A stretch of DNA of 64,000 nt from an uncultured virus (IMG/VR IMGVR_UViG_2806310790_000002) (IMGVR_UViG_2806310790_000002); one strand, 5' to 3'; shown: positions 54,111-63,263, counted from the first letter of the stretch. The notes: generated by a model from the letters alone, not told the origin. Translations and numbers: made by a program.

Positions 54111-55016
54111 TTATTCGCAAAGTCCATGATAAAGGCTCATGCAACTATATCCGCCTTCTGGTTCAAACATATCATCCATACCTACATCGTTACGGTTTAC
54201 ATACTCGAAAACTTCCTGTACTGTTGGATAAGTCCTATTCTTGCAGAAGCGATTGGGGATGTAACCGGGTGAGAAGAAAGACGAACCTTTTGGAGTTTCT
54301 TCTTTCATCCTTTGCTCTGCATCTATCAAGCGGTTACGCCCGAACTCTTCTTGTGAAATGAGTTTGACTTCCTGCTTTCGACACATAATACAAGGATAGC
54401 AACCAACACGGGAAAATCCACGAGAATACAAAGGATTTGGCTTTTGTCCGGCAGATAAGATATGATTTATTACTTCTTGTGCCGACCACTGAAAAATCGG
54501 ACGGGAAACGCTTGCATCATAGTGTTCACACCATTTAAGTACATCTTTTCTACGATAATCCTGCTTCCATACTTCAACAATCTTTCCTTTGCGATTCTTT
54601 TTAATGCGTTCGTAATACTCCCCAAAGTAATTGCATTCATAGGGAAGTTTAGCACGCTCTTCACTTTCCTTTGCCCGGATGCCTTGTATAATCACGCAAG
54701 GTTCAGTAAGTGAGAGAATGTAATCAATCATCGGTTTAATTTTCAATTCTGAAGTACAAAACCTTCTTTGGGAAGACGGGAACCGGGAGCGCTTGATAGA
54801 CATATCTACAAAATCAGTATATTTCTTGCTTCTCAAAACTACTAATTTAACATCAAGCTGTTTGCACACGTCACTAATATGTTGATAGGTTTCGGGATGC
54901 TCCCAACCAGTATCACAGAAAACAGCTTCTATTTTATCGGCTCCGTATTTATTGGCAGCTTGGATCAAGCAAGCTTGTGAATCCTTTCCGCCAGAAAAAC
55001 TTACTATTATCTTCAT
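54111..55016 (-). CDS. Phosphoadenosine phosphosulfate reductase-family (CysH/DndC-like) protein
   Basis: SFSGGKDS PP-loop, DTGWEH, RFCTSELK, GIRAKES, RVGCYPC. Confidence 0.9.
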   Translation of the reverse strand: MKIIVSFSGGKDSQACLIQAANKYGADKIEAVFCDTGWEHPETYQHISDVCKQLDVKLVVLRSKKYTDFVDMSIKRSRFPSSQRRFCTSELKIKPMIDYILSLTEPCVIIQGIRAKESEERAKLPYECNYFGEYYERIKKNRKGKIVEVWKQDYRRKDVLKWCEHYDASVSRPIFQWSAQEVINHILSAGQKPNPLYSRGFSRVGCYPCIMCRKQEVKLISQEEFGRNRLIDAEQRMKEETPKGSSFFSPGYIPNRFCKNRTYPTVQEVFEYVNRNDVGMDDMFEPEGGYSCMSLYHGLCE

Positions 55017-55042
55017 TTGATTCCTTTCTAAATTTATTTAAA

Positions 55043-55807
55043 TTACACAAATAGCGATTGCTGGATACGTGATAACACAAATTTATTCGCATCAGCAAAG
55101 AACTTTTTTTTAATCTCAAATCCGTATGCCCTGCGTCCCAACTGGGCAGCAGCTAATAAGGTAGAACCGCTTCCGGCACATGGATCAATAACGACATCAC
55201 CTTTGTCGGTGAATATCTCTATCAGCCTACGAAGCAAAGGAACCGGTTTTTGCGTGCTATGAACCTTCGGAGTTTCATTGTCCACCACCCAATCAAAGCA
55301 ATTGAAGATCATCCGACCATCGTTGTTAAACTTTGGAAGTTTATCGCGGTAAAGCAACAATCCATATTCACAATTGCCGACTATCTTCATATTGGCTTTC
55401 AAGACTTGCGCTGAAAAGTTCTTTCTAAATACAAGATTGATGTAATTATTCAGCCCATATCTTTTACCCAGTTCAATATACCGGAACTGGTCTTCAAATT
55501 CACAAAATATTATCATGCAAGGCGCCTTGCCTTTTTCCTTGGGTTCCTTTACAAGCATCTGGGAGCAGAAGTGCATAAACTCGGCAGGGCGAAAATCTTT
55601 ATCGGTATCAAAGAATTCTTTACCCGCTTTATCGCTTTCTCCATTCTTATTATCACCATCCACATACCATGAAGGGTTAGAAGCATAAGCACTATTGCCT
55701 AAATTATAAGGGACATCGGCTATAATTAACTGGGCTTTTGGGATTCCATAAGAACGGAAATTTTGGAAATGGTCATTGAATAACTTAGGTTTTATATTTT
55801 TATCCAT
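55043..55807 (-). CDS. DNA methyltransferase (beta-class N6A/N4C)
   Basis: IIADVPY motif IV, HSTQKP, DPCAGSGST motif I. Confidence 0.9.
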   Translation of the reverse strand: MDKNIKPKLFNDHFQNFRSYGIPKAQLIIADVPYNLGNSAYASNPSWYVDGDNKNGESDKAGKEFFDTDKDFRPAEFMHFCSQMLVKEPKEKGKAPCMIIFCEFEDQFRYIELGKRYGLNNYINLVFRKNFSAQVLKANMKIVGNCEYGLLLYRDKLPKFNNDGRMIFNCFDWVVDNETPKVHSTQKPVPLLRRLIEIFTDKGDVVIDPCAGSGSTLLAAAQLGRRAYGFEIKKKFFADANKFVLSRIQQSLFV

Positions 55808-56346
55808 TTTAATCCTCCTGATGTTTTACTCCTGCCATTTAATACTTGAGATATAGCCCCTTTACATAAACCTTTTGATTTTTCTGCTAATCTTACAGAT
55901 TCAAAAACCTCGCCTGTGTTAACACATTTTACCATTGTATAAGAATGTCTCTTTTGATGTAATTCCCTATATGCATGTTTTAAATTATCACTTCGGCTAC
56001 ACCACTCTAAATTATCAACATGGTTATTGCATTTATTACCATCTTTATGATTAACTTGTTCAAGGTTTAAAGGGTTATTTATAAAGGTTTTTGCAACAAG
56101 TCTATGAACTGTGAAAGCCTTAGTTTTATTCCCTATTCTTAGCCAAACGATACAATATCCATTATTTTGAATACCGTATTTAATAATTCTTCCTTTATGT
56201 ATACATGTATGTCCATTTTTACAATATCTTTTTCTATCAACAGATTTTATTCTACCAAAAGAAGATGCTTGGTATGAATAGTCTGTTTCAGGAATAATTT
56301 TCCAAACTTCTTGGAAATGATCATTATATAGTTCTATTTCTTTCAT
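55792..56346 (-). CDS. NUMOD4 + HNH homing endonuclease (C-terminal NUMOD1-like)
   Basis: EVWKIIP..YQASSFGRIKS, VHRLVAKTFI, VNHKDGNKCNNHVDNLEWC. Confidence 0.92.
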   Translation of the reverse strand: MKEIELYNDHFQEVWKIIPETDYSYQASSFGRIKSVDRKRYCKNGHTCIHKGRIIKYGIQNNGYCIVWLRIGNKTKAFTVHRLVAKTFINNPLNLEQVNHKDGNKCNNHVDNLEWCSRSDNLKHAYRELHQKRHSYTMVKCVNTGEVFESVRLAEKSKGLCKGAISQVLNGRSKTSGGLKWIKI

Positions 56347-56650
56347 TTCTATTCTGTTTTACTCTATTTGACTTCTACTTTAAACGGAAGAGGATAACCG
56401 CCAATCAAACGATTGTAGACATCTTCCCAGCAGTACGGCATATTGGCATTATTTGCCAATTCCTTTGCTATCTCTTGTAACCTTTCTTTGCTCATTACTA
56501 TTCTGTTATACGCAAATCCTTGATAATCATTCAAGAACTTGCAAGGTTAATTAATTGTATCCATTAAGTAGTCTGATATTGCGTAGACTACCAGATAAAA
56601 TAAGATGTTAACTCCTAGGAGAAGGAGGATGTTTAGCAACACTCTCATAA

Positions 56651-57055
56651 CTAATCCAGCTCCTCACTACTTTTGAAAATATGAGCGAACGTACTTTTTT
56701 CGTCTGATAGATTGAGACCAAGTTGTGACGGAAAACGCTTGATGTAATTATAAAATTCAAACATCTTTTTGTCATCATCTCCGCACCGGTCTACCAATAG
56801 ACGGATGAAAGCTAGAAGACAATCGGAGTCGTTGCCGAAATTTTCCTGAGTGGAGAACTGGGTTTTGTCAACATCTTGTTTTAATTTACGGATAGCGGCT
56901 ATTGCAGTGTTGAAATTACGTTTTGCATCGTAACGCAGTTCATAGCCTTGTTTACCCATTTCACTTCTCAAGTCATAGAGAAGGGTTTCTACAACATCTG
57001 TCAACACATAGGTTAAGTTGAGTGTTGTATTAAGATTTGTTGTTCCTACTAACAT
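56651..57055 (-). CDS. Hypothetical helical protein
   Basis: 134-aa ORF. Confidence 0.7.
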   Translation of the reverse strand: MLVGTTNLNTTLNLTYVLTDVVETLLYDLRSEMGKQGYELRYDAKRNFNTAIAAIRKLKQDVDKTQFSTQENFGNDSDCLLAFIRLLVDRCGDDDKKMFEFYNYIKRFPSQLGLNLSDEKSTFAHIFKSSEELD

Positions 57056-57212
57056 GATTTATTATACATTTATCGATTCCATTTATACGCCATGACTTAT
57101 GAAATGGCTGCTTTACTTTTGTATATAACCGGCACCGTTTGCATATTGGTTTCAGATGCCTTCCGTCGTAATGAATACCGTTACAGATTACCGGATAACC
57201 TTGGAGTATCAT
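57030..57212 (-). CDS. Small Cys-containing protein
   Basis: 60 aa; C..CKRC..C pattern. Confidence 0.55.
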   Translation of the reverse strand: MILQGYPVICNGIHYDGRHLKPICKRCRLYTKVKQPFHKSWRINGIDKCIINHVSRNNKS

Positions 57213-57331
57213 CTATTCGGGTATTAGCATTGTCATTTAGTAGGTAGATCACAAGCATAGATTGTGTGAGCCTGTTAAGTACCACTTCTTTTTCTGTTAA
57301 TTTTTTAATTGTTTTCATTGCTCTTATATTT

Positions 57332-57682
57332 TTATTTATTGATAAGCATTGACTTAGTCTTAAATCCAGACATTGTATTGACTATTTTCCCATAAAGAAA
57401 TAAAGCGTTGGAACAATCGATTTCAAGACTAGAATTAGATGATTTTACAATATCACTTCTTAAATCTTGATTAGCGATAAGGAATGCTTCTTTTTGACTT
57501 ATAGAATCAAAAGTTAATTGAACTGCAATAATTACTCGACAAGGAGCATTTAATTTACTAGCAAAATCCATAGCCGACACTTCGTCATCAAAACTTTTTG
57601 GTTTATTGGGGCTATAAACTTTATAAATACATCCCTTAAAATAAGAACAGTTTTTTAAACGTTTAATGTTGCTTGATTTCAT
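57332..57682 (-). CDS. AT-rich hypothetical protein with its own promoter-like box
   Basis: 116-aa ORF between the DnaC-like gene and the downstream cluster. Confidence 0.55.
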   Translation of the reverse strand: MKSSNIKRLKNCSYFKGCIYKVYSPNKPKSFDDEVSAMDFASKLNAPCRVIIAVQLTFDSISQKEAFLIANQDLRSDIVKSSNSSLEIDCSNALFLYGKIVNTMSGFKTKSMLINK

Positions 57683-57796
57683 AACTTATATAATTTTTAA
57701 TTTACAGGTATAAAGTTACTCATTTTGCTAATTGTAAACAAACGTTACTTTCCTGATTTATATGGCTTTATATTAAATTAACTTGCTGTAAATCAG

Positions 57797-58585
57797 CTAT
57801 TTTCTTCTACTATTCCCTCTAAGGGGGATAAGGTTGAAACTTTTAAATCGGTCAACAAGTCGATCAGCAAAACGCTTTTTAAATTCTTCTGCATCAAGAT
57901 TACTTGTTATGTGATACATCTTGCCAAATTGTTGGTAAATCTCATATCTTGCATATAAAAATTCATCTATCACACTATTTAGACTAGTGCCATAACTTTT
58001 CTGATTCTCCGTTTCCAGTCCTATATCGTTTAAGCAGATATTAAAAGGTTCCGGTTTAAACCCTTTCGATTGTCCTTCATTGAACGTATGTCGGTCGATA
58101 TGACCATTCATCTTGTAATAGTTCATCATTTGAGTAACCGATAGATTCTCAAAAGTATTCGGGTTATGAGTCAATCGTAAATAATCAGAAAAAATCTGCA
58201 TAAGCATCGTTTTACCAGTACCGGGTTCTCCGACAAGTAGCAGGTTTTTATGGATTTTGTAATCTTCATCTGGAAAAACTTGTTCTGCATACCGGCATCC
58301 ATTGAAGTAGTAAAGCAGGAAAGACAACACTTTCGAGTTGTTTTCGTCTACTTCAAACTCTCTGAATTCACGCCCCATATAGTTATTCCCGATATACCTG
58401 ATAAAATCACGATGGGCATAAAACTCATTGGGATTCGTCAAGTCATATTCAAAATCTTGAAGAATAGTCTTTCTGTGGCGCTCTATCAGATTCCCTATCT
58501 GCTCCTTTTTCAGCTTTGCTGCAAACGAATTTCTCTGTTGAACCTGTTGTAGTTGATCCGATAGTTCCTTTTCCTGAATTTCCAT
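57797..58585 (-). CDS. DnaC/IstB-like P-loop ATPase (helicase loader)
   Basis: GEPGTGKT Walker A, CLNDIG Walker B-like, ITSNL, RLVDRF. Confidence 0.85.
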   Translation of the reverse strand: MEIQEKELSDQLQQVQQRNSFAAKLKKEQIGNLIERHRKTILQDFEYDLTNPNEFYAHRDFIRYIGNNYMGREFREFEVDENNSKVLSFLLYYFNGCRYAEQVFPDEDYKIHKNLLLVGEPGTGKTMLMQIFSDYLRLTHNPNTFENLSVTQMMNYYKMNGHIDRHTFNEGQSKGFKPEPFNICLNDIGLETENQKSYGTSLNSVIDEFLYARYEIYQQFGKMYHITSNLDAEEFKKRFADRLVDRFKSFNLIPLRGNSRRK

Positions 58586-59507
58586 TTTTTGCCTTAGAAA
58601 CGATTTCGTTATACTTCGAGTTAATATTAGCTACGCTAAAGTTATCCAGTAACCAACTATCCTTGACGGAAGTGAGGAACACTTGGAGAGCGTACAACAC
58701 AGAGGCATCATCAACGGGCATCTGTCTTTGTTCCCGTGAAAATGTTAGCTTACGAAGCAACTGGGACATATTGCCAGCATCTTTGGCAGTCCAGTAATAT
58801 TCTTCGCCAAAAGTATTTCTGAAATGTTCTTCAAAAGCCTTTCGAGCGTTAGCATTTAGGATATTAGCCCGTTTAGGCTTTGCAGGATTGTCTTTAGCAA
58901 TCTTTTCTTCAAGTTCCTTAATTCTGGCTAAAGCCTCATTCAAGGCATGATCTTTTTCAGAAATAGCTTTTTCTAAATCCTCAAACCCCTTGGGGGGTGT
59001 GGGGGGAATAATAATATTCTCTTTACTTTCCTTTACTTTACTTTGTGTGATTACTTCGGAGTTTATTGGCATTTCTTCCGAATTAATAGCTATTTCTTCC
59101 GAAGGAATTACAGTTTCTTCATCAGGAACAATAATAGAGAACTCTTCGACTCTACTTTTCCGCTTCGCTTGTCTGCATATAAAGTTGTACTGTTTCTGAA
59201 TTCCTTTAGATGTTAAAATCTTCTCCTTATCATATAATTCTTTGGATAATAACCCTAGTGCCATACAGCATTTAATGACCTCAAGTATATACGACTCTTC
59301 AAACCCGGTTTGTTCCGATATAATGAAAGCCAACTCTTCATCCCACCTCACGTAGTACCCACTTTTGTAGATAAGACATAGCAGGAGAGCATATACAGTT
59401 ATAGCCTTGCCACTCTGGTACTTGATTAGTTTCCTTATCTTTATGTCTTGAAAGAAATTTATATCAAAAGGAAAGTAGTCCAGCCCAACTTCTTTATTTC
59501 GAGCCAT
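58449..59507 (-). CDS. Replication initiator, DUF4373 (Lin1244-like) N-terminal domain
   Basis: GLDYFPFDINFFQDIKIRKL..LLCLIYK.GYY..ILTSKGIQKQY; upstream of the DnaC-like gene. Confidence 0.85.
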   Translation of the reverse strand: MARNKEVGLDYFPFDINFFQDIKIRKLIKYQSGKAITVYALLLCLIYKSGYYVRWDEELAFIISEQTGFEESYILEVIKCCMALGLLSKELYDKEKILTSKGIQKQYNFICRQAKRKSRVEEFSIIVPDEETVIPSEEIAINSEEMPINSEVITQSKVKESKENIIIPPTPPKGFEDLEKAISEKDHALNEALARIKELEEKIAKDNPAKPKRANILNANARKAFEEHFRNTFGEEYYWTAKDAGNMSQLLRKLTFSREQRQMPVDDASVLYALQVFLTSVKDSWLLDNFSVANINSKYNEIVSKAKNGNSGKGTIGSTTTGSTEKFVCSKAEKGADRESDRAPQKDYSSRF

Positions 59508-59650
59508 ATTAAGTATTCATATATTAAAAACAGCGGCTTTCAAGTTTCTATACCTTTGATGTGGGATTAAGGTATGTACTCCAAGAAAGCCTGTTTAATA
59601 TCTTGTTTATCATCAAATCCCACTAAGATGATTAATTATTTTTCACGGTG

Positions 59651-59688
59651 TAAAGCTAAACAAAAGTGACATAAAAACAATCACTTAA
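59651..59688 (-). promoter_or_regulatory. Promoter -7-like box TAGCTTTA plus palindromic operator (copy 6)
   Basis: aaaagtgac-N9-atcacttaa upstream of the replication operon. Confidence 0.6.
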
Positions 59689-59720
59689 TATCTATTATTT
59701 TTCCGTTATTAACTTTTTTT

Positions 59721-60173
59721 CTAATATCCAGTCTTATTTAGCCGTAAAGCTTCCTTTTCATAACTCAATAGAGTGCGTAATGCGTCTAACTGATGCGTTG
59801 CTGAAGCGTTAAGTCGATCTAGTCGATCAACTAAGAATGATTCGTTTTCTGCAATACTATCAAGTAGGGCATTTTGTACTTTTGCAGACAAACAGTTTTC
59901 CTGCGCTATCTTAATAATGGTGTTTTGTATTTCATCCGATTTTCTTTTGCGAAGCATTCTTTTAGCATCTGCAAGCATTTCACCGGTTCTTACTACATAT
60001 ACCATAGTAGCCGCAATCCTTTCCTGTATTTCTGTAGGGTTGTTTTGGCATGTGATATTCAAGAATCCACTTATTTCTTCCATTTCCTTTATGATAGGAA
60101 GTAGAGGACAATCATCTATCTTGCATTCTCCTGAAGCATTATTTTTAGGGCAGTATTTACAGTTTATTTCCAT
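59721..60173 (-). CDS. Helical protein with N-terminal Cys cluster (UvsY-like possible)
   Basis: CKYC..C...C then a long amphipathic helix ending LRTLLSYEK. Confidence 0.6.
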   Translation of the reverse strand: MEINCKYCPKNNASGECKIDDCPLLPIIKEMEEISGFLNITCQNNPTEIQERIAATMVYVVRTGEMLADAKRMLRKRKSDEIQNTIIKIAQENCLSAKVQNALLDSIAENESFLVDRLDRLNASATHQLDALRTLLSYEKEALRLNKTGY

Positions 60174-60185
60174 AATGATGTAATA

Positions 60186-60527
60186 TTAATCTTTTGATGA
60201 AAATTCATATTTGATCTCTTTATCGTCAAGTATGTATTTCTTGAATAACTCATTTACATCTATTCCGTTATGTTCCAGATATAAGATGTATGTATAGAAA
60301 AGAGCAGCTGCACTTCCTTCTGTCAAATACATATTCGTTTGGGTAGCGCGTCCGGAACTTTGAGGATTTTCTACCGATAGCAGGTAGGCATCTTCTTCTG
60401 TATGCGCAACGGTAACAAGACGGTGATCTGAAAATTCGCACCGGACCATATCTGTGATTGCTACTTTTCTTGCAGATTCATTATCAAATCCAATGGTAAT
60501 TTCACCAATGTTTTTATTTTCTTCCAT
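60186..60527 (-). CDS. Hypothetical protein
   Basis: 113-aa ORF. Confidence 0.7.
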   Translation of the reverse strand: MEENKNIGEITIGFDNESARKVAITDMVRCEFSDHRLVTVAHTEEDAYLLSVENPQSSGRATQTNMYLTEGSAAALFYTYILYLEHNGIDVNELFKKYILDDKEIKYEFSSKD

Positions 60528-60535
60528 AAGAGGTA

Positions 60536-61084
60536 CTATGCTTTTATAGAGTCGTTAATGTATAATACCAACATTTCTCCTAATGGATGAAAACACTTAA
60601 GACCATTAAAAACAAGTCCTGCACTCATGCCGCTGTGACCTTGCTTGGAGAACAAAGACCGGCATATTTCAAATCTTTCCAGTTCTTTTTTAGAGGTATC
60701 ATTCAATACTGCAACCAATTCTAACCAGCAGTCAAGTTCCATGCCATGATAGAGATCATTCAACCTGATAGGAACAATTTCATTCCATAATTCCAAATAT
60801 CCTTCCGGAATAATGCCTATTGCACGTTTTCTGTAATCTTCGGTTAATTGCGGAATTTTAGCCTTAAACTCCGCTTCTTTACGGTCATACTCTTCGTGTA
60901 TCTTACGGATATATTCATCGTGTTCCGCTTTTGACTTACCGGTCACTTTAACAAACACTTCATCGAGAGAATCAGTAGAATACAACGTTTTCTCGTTAAA
61001 TTCACCATAACATGGTGCATTGTCCTGCAATTCTTGATATGCTTTATCAAGATTGATTCCTGGGTAAAATTCAATTTTCTTCAT
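60536..61084 (-). CDS. Hypothetical protein
   Basis: VPIRLNDLYHGMELD..QGHSGMS motifs. Confidence 0.7.
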   Translation of the reverse strand: MKKIEFYPGINLDKAYQELQDNAPCYGEFNEKTLYSTDSLDEVFVKVTGKSKAEHDEYIRKIHEEYDRKEAEFKAKIPQLTEDYRKRAIGIIPEGYLELWNEIVPIRLNDLYHGMELDCWLELVAVLNDTSKKELERFEICRSLFSKQGHSGMSAGLVFNGLKCFHPLGEMLVLYINDSIKA

Positions 61085-61097
61085 TGTTATATTAATA

Positions 61098-61850
61098 TTA
61101 TAAGTCAAATAGACTTGTTTGTACTAAAGTTCCTTTTTCTGTTTTTATTTCTCCGTGACATTCATAACGGAAACGAGAATTACCTTCTTTAAAATGAAAC
61201 TTGTCTTTTTCACATCCCCAATAGTCGAATCTTAGCTTGTAAGCTGCAATCCGGCTACTTTGACTACCCATGTGAGCATCACCGATCTTATAACCGGGGT
61301 TGGCATATTGATTGAGTAACCATGCGTATAAAATTACAGGTTTTTGGCAGGGGTGAATCCGCTTTTCATTCAACTTTTTGTTTCCTTGCTGTATAATTGC
61401 CTTAGATAAATCCTTTCCGCAATAGGTTCCCTGAATCATGCCTCGCCACATGCAATATACAAGGTCAGTTCTGTTATTCATACTGCAGTATGCTATTTCA
61501 CAATCGTATTGGTCAGTATCACCATTTAGCTTATCCCAAACAATGCGTCCACCAGTAAAGTCGTAATTAAAGTAGTTTACTCCCCATATTATCTGATTTC
61601 GGCTGACCCTTTTTACTTCATCGAAATATTCTGGAGGGGGAACTCGTGAATCCCAGTCTGATTTCGGATAAACGGATTGTTTAACATACAGTATATTACC
61701 ATTACTTTGTTTTACAGTATTGGGCTTGATCGAAGGATTATCCGCTCCAATTCCGTATGGTGGATCATCTATGAACAAGTCAAAGAAGTTATCTGGGAAT
61801 TTCTTTAAGAAATCCATTCGGTCTATATTATATACTTCGCTTATTGGCAT
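61098..61850 (-). CDS. DNA methyltransferase (beta-class N6A/N4C)
   Basis: DDPPYGIG, IHPCQKP, DAHMGSQS motifs. Confidence 0.9.
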   Translation of the reverse strand: MPISEVYNIDRMDFLKKFPDNFFDLFIDDPPYGIGADNPSIKPNTVKQSNGNILYVKQSVYPKSDWDSRVPPPEYFDEVKRVSRNQIIWGVNYFNYDFTGGRIVWDKLNGDTDQYDCEIAYCSMNNRTDLVYCMWRGMIQGTYCGKDLSKAIIQQGNKKLNEKRIHPCQKPVILYAWLLNQYANPGYKIGDAHMGSQSSRIAAYKLRFDYWGCEKDKFHFKEGNSRFRYECHGEIKTEKGTLVQTSLFDL

Positions 61851-61852
61851 GG

Positions 61853-62188
61853 CTATTCCTTCTTCTTTAATTCTTCAATAAGAGCATCAGCAAATATAAC
61901 TGCGGCACGTGCAATATTAGTTTGAATTTGTCTTTGACCATGCTCTGCTCCCTCACATAAAACCTGATGATAGAAATCTTCATTTGACATTATTGCAGTA
62001 ACTGTTTCCTTTGCTATTTCATAACGTTTCTGTTCCCAATCAATATTATCAGACATTTCTTGAAGTATTTCAACATCATCAAAACTTAATTCAATAGGAT
62101 TACCGTAACTATCACACTTATCAAGTGTGACACGTGCGTAATCAGCAATATTGATAATTTCTCCAGTTTCTTTTACTCTTACTTTCAT
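61853..62188 (-). CDS. Hypothetical protein
   Basis: IDWEQKRYEIAK...ADALIEELK motif typical of Bacteroides phages. Confidence 0.75.
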   Translation of the reverse strand: MKVRVKETGEIINIADYARVTLDKCDSYGNPIELSFDDVEILQEMSDNIDWEQKRYEIAKETVTAIMSNEDFYHQVLCEGAEHGQRQIQTNIARAAVIFADALIEELKKKE

Positions 62189-62190
62189 AA

Positions 62191-62607
62191 CTATTCTTTA
62201 GTTTTAATATATCCGTTTTCAATACACCAGCAAAGCATCTCGTAGGCTGCGTCAATTAATGAATCTGATTTAAACTCTTTATAGTAATCAAATTCATCAG
62301 ACATTGAATAGTATATAGACCATACATCACAATCATAAGTGGATATTGTAAGATAATAAGTATCTGTAACTATATTAATTTCTTTCGGCAGTAATTCTAT
62401 TATGTCCTGAAAGGTATAAGTAGGGACTATTTCCCAAAATGTACTATCTCTTTTTTGATTAATTACATCTTCATATATTTCAAGTTCCCATTCTTCCTTT
62501 ATATTGCCATAAAAACAGCAATAACACATACTTGCATCACTTGTGTCCAATCTAAGTTCCTGTAAATGTTTCATCTGTTCGACTGATAATACCTGTTTTG
62601 ATTTCAT
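62191..62607 (-). CDS. Hypothetical protein
   Basis: VLSVEQMKHLQEL..DTSDAS..LIDAAYEMLCWCIENGYI motif. Confidence 0.75.
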   Translation of the reverse strand: MKSKQVLSVEQMKHLQELRLDTSDASMCYCCFYGNIKEEWELEIYEDVINQKRDSTFWEIVPTYTFQDIIELLPKEINIVTDTYYLTISTYDCDVWSIYYSMSDEFDYYKEFKSDSLIDAAYEMLCWCIENGYIKTKE

Positions 62608-62630
62608 AATTCATCCTCCAATTTTCACTG

Positions 62631-62816
62631 TTATTTGATTTTTAAAAATATCATTATCCTATCCCACAATAGTAGATAGCCCTCCCAATAGTCACTAAAT
62701 CTAAAGTAGTACCAGCTCATTTGTATATACCATATTGGCAGGTAAACAAAAAATAAGGCTAACCATAAAGGGGTAAGCAACAATCTGATTATTAATCTAA
62801 GTTTAGCCATAATCAA
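62631..62816 (-). CDS. Small aromatic-rich hydrophobic protein
   Basis: 61-aa ORF, TM-like. Confidence 0.55.
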   Translation of the reverse strand: MIMAKLRLIIRLLLTPLWLALFFVYLPIWYIQMSWYYFRFSDYWEGYLLLWDRIMIFLKIK

Positions 62817-63262
62817 TCTCCTTTCTCTTTAATCCGTTCTAGTACATCTCTGTTGGCTTCAAGTATTTCATCGAAAGACGGAATTGGCATCCAACATATA
62901 ACCTTAATATCATCTTTCTCGACACTTTTTCCTAAATATGATATATCACTATCAGTAGTCCATATACCATTTTCATACGTGAATACATCTATATACTTAC
63001 GTGATTCAGCTTCTCTATCATCGTATTTATAGTAATATAAAAATCCGACTAAAACACGCTGACCTTTATCCGGTAATCGTTCCTCAATACTTATCCAAGG
63101 AGATTGCTTTGCCTGCCATTCTGCACCAAATTGAAAATCTTCCATACAATCAGATTTCCGACTAACATAGTTATCTGGATCAACCTCCTTTAAAACCTCT
63201 TTTCTAAACTTTGTTTTATTAGTAGCATAGTCGTATGCTGCTTCTTCTAATGTCTGTTTCAT
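62813..63262 (-). CDS. DUF551-domain protein, paralog 2
   Basis: WISIEERLPD...VICWMPIP; ends shared with paralog 1. Confidence 0.8.
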   Translation of the reverse strand: MKQTLEEAAYDYATNKTKFRKEVLKEVDPDNYVSRKSDCMEDFQFGAEWQAKQSPWISIEERLPDKGQRVLVGFLYYYKYDDREAESRKYIDVFTYENGIWTTDSDISYLGKSVEKDDIKVICWMPIPSFDEILEANRDVLERIKEKGD

Positions 63263-63263
63263 A

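Noticed and set aside
54111..55016. Auxiliary metabolic gene for sulfate assimilation (cysH)
   Set aside because: No other cys genes; the context is methyltransferases, so the gene symbol is withheld
55792..56346. Group I intron or intein in the methyltransferase
   Set aside because: No non-coding intron core flanks the HNH ORF, there are no intein motifs, and the MTase has its own complete start
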